Made by a program: the position numbers and the translations under genes. Shown in pieces: positions 63,329 to 64,000 of a stretch of DNA of 64,000 bases. The notes under the pieces are model-generated. The model was not told the DNA's origin, searched no databases, and was given only the letters and a program-made list of their open reading frames with translations. Origin of the DNA: Mobula hypostoma (lineage: Eukaryota); assembly GCF_963921235.1 (NCBI RefSeq), contig NC_086108.1:66714001-66778000 (forward strand). The letters run 5' to 3'. Every line of letters starts with the position of its first letter. Positions within the stretch are counted from its first letter, which is position 1.

Positions 63329-64000
63329 TGAGTCAGTTGACATTAAAAGCAGAGGAACTCTGCAGCAAACATATTCTATTAATACAACACTGTTTGAGGT
63401 TCTGGGCTTTATAAGAGTACACTGAGTAACTGATCTTCAAGTATGGTTTAAATTATTTTGATCAAAACAATATCCTGCATTTTTAGCCACAAATTTCCGA
63501 TGTCATTTATATATTTGTGTCACAGTTCAGTAATTGTTGGTTTTATTTCAGTAACCACAGCTAGTTCTAAATCCACCGTAAATTGGAAACATAAAGTAAA
63601 CCCTGAAGGAACTTGATACACTTATTTCTAAGATAATCAAAATATATCTTCATACAATACTCTTAATGAATTGGCTGTATCATGAGCTAAAACATAAAGA
63701 ACTGTCACAAGTTCCAGTACTTGCACTACAAGTTGCACATCTGTAATTCCAAGAAATTGTCTCACTTGTTATCATGCATGGAGCCCAAATGTGACAAGAT
63801 TACATCAACACAAGAACCCATCATAAACAAACTTTAGAGCTAAAATTAAGAAATCTTGTGTAAATCTCTCTTATAAATAAAAAAATGGAGCACACAGAAA
63901 CAAACAGCACAGAGTCAATATATGGAATGTAGAGGAACCAAATTCTGCTAACTTCTTAGAAATTTGGGTATGAAGAATTAAATTTGTTTGACATGACAGA

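Overview
A repeat-dominated eukaryotic window, most likely intronic or intergenic DNA of a cartilaginous fish (ray or shark). That assignment is inferred from the repeat repertoire: CR1 LINEs with (CATAGAA)n tails, Rex1/Babar LINEs, V-SINE/HE1-like and CORE-like SINEs, and Penelope-like elements (PLEs). No host protein-coding gene is recognisable; only weak candidate + strand exons exist. Largest elements: a full-length but decayed Sushi-type chromoviral Gypsy (27332-32450), a 5'-deleted second Gypsy (56049-59525, -), a young 2.65-kb CR1 (52387-55035, -) inside a hAT MITE, and Tigger/pogo, Tc1, mariner and Harbinger derivatives. Most notable observations: (1) about ten copies of a minimal type I hammerhead ribozyme in PLE pseudo-LTRs, two with an intact core and several in fold-back arrangements; (2) an 11-nt Tf1-type self-priming signature in the Sushi element; (3) a five-layer nest (PLE > SINE > Tigger > CR1 > solo LTR) whose innermost LTR holds a CpG-rich 32-bp hairpin array; (4) a non-autonomous retroposon joining a YY1-like 5' end to a LINE-type tail. 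All calls were made by eye, without alignment or database searches; boundaries of old repeats are approximate.
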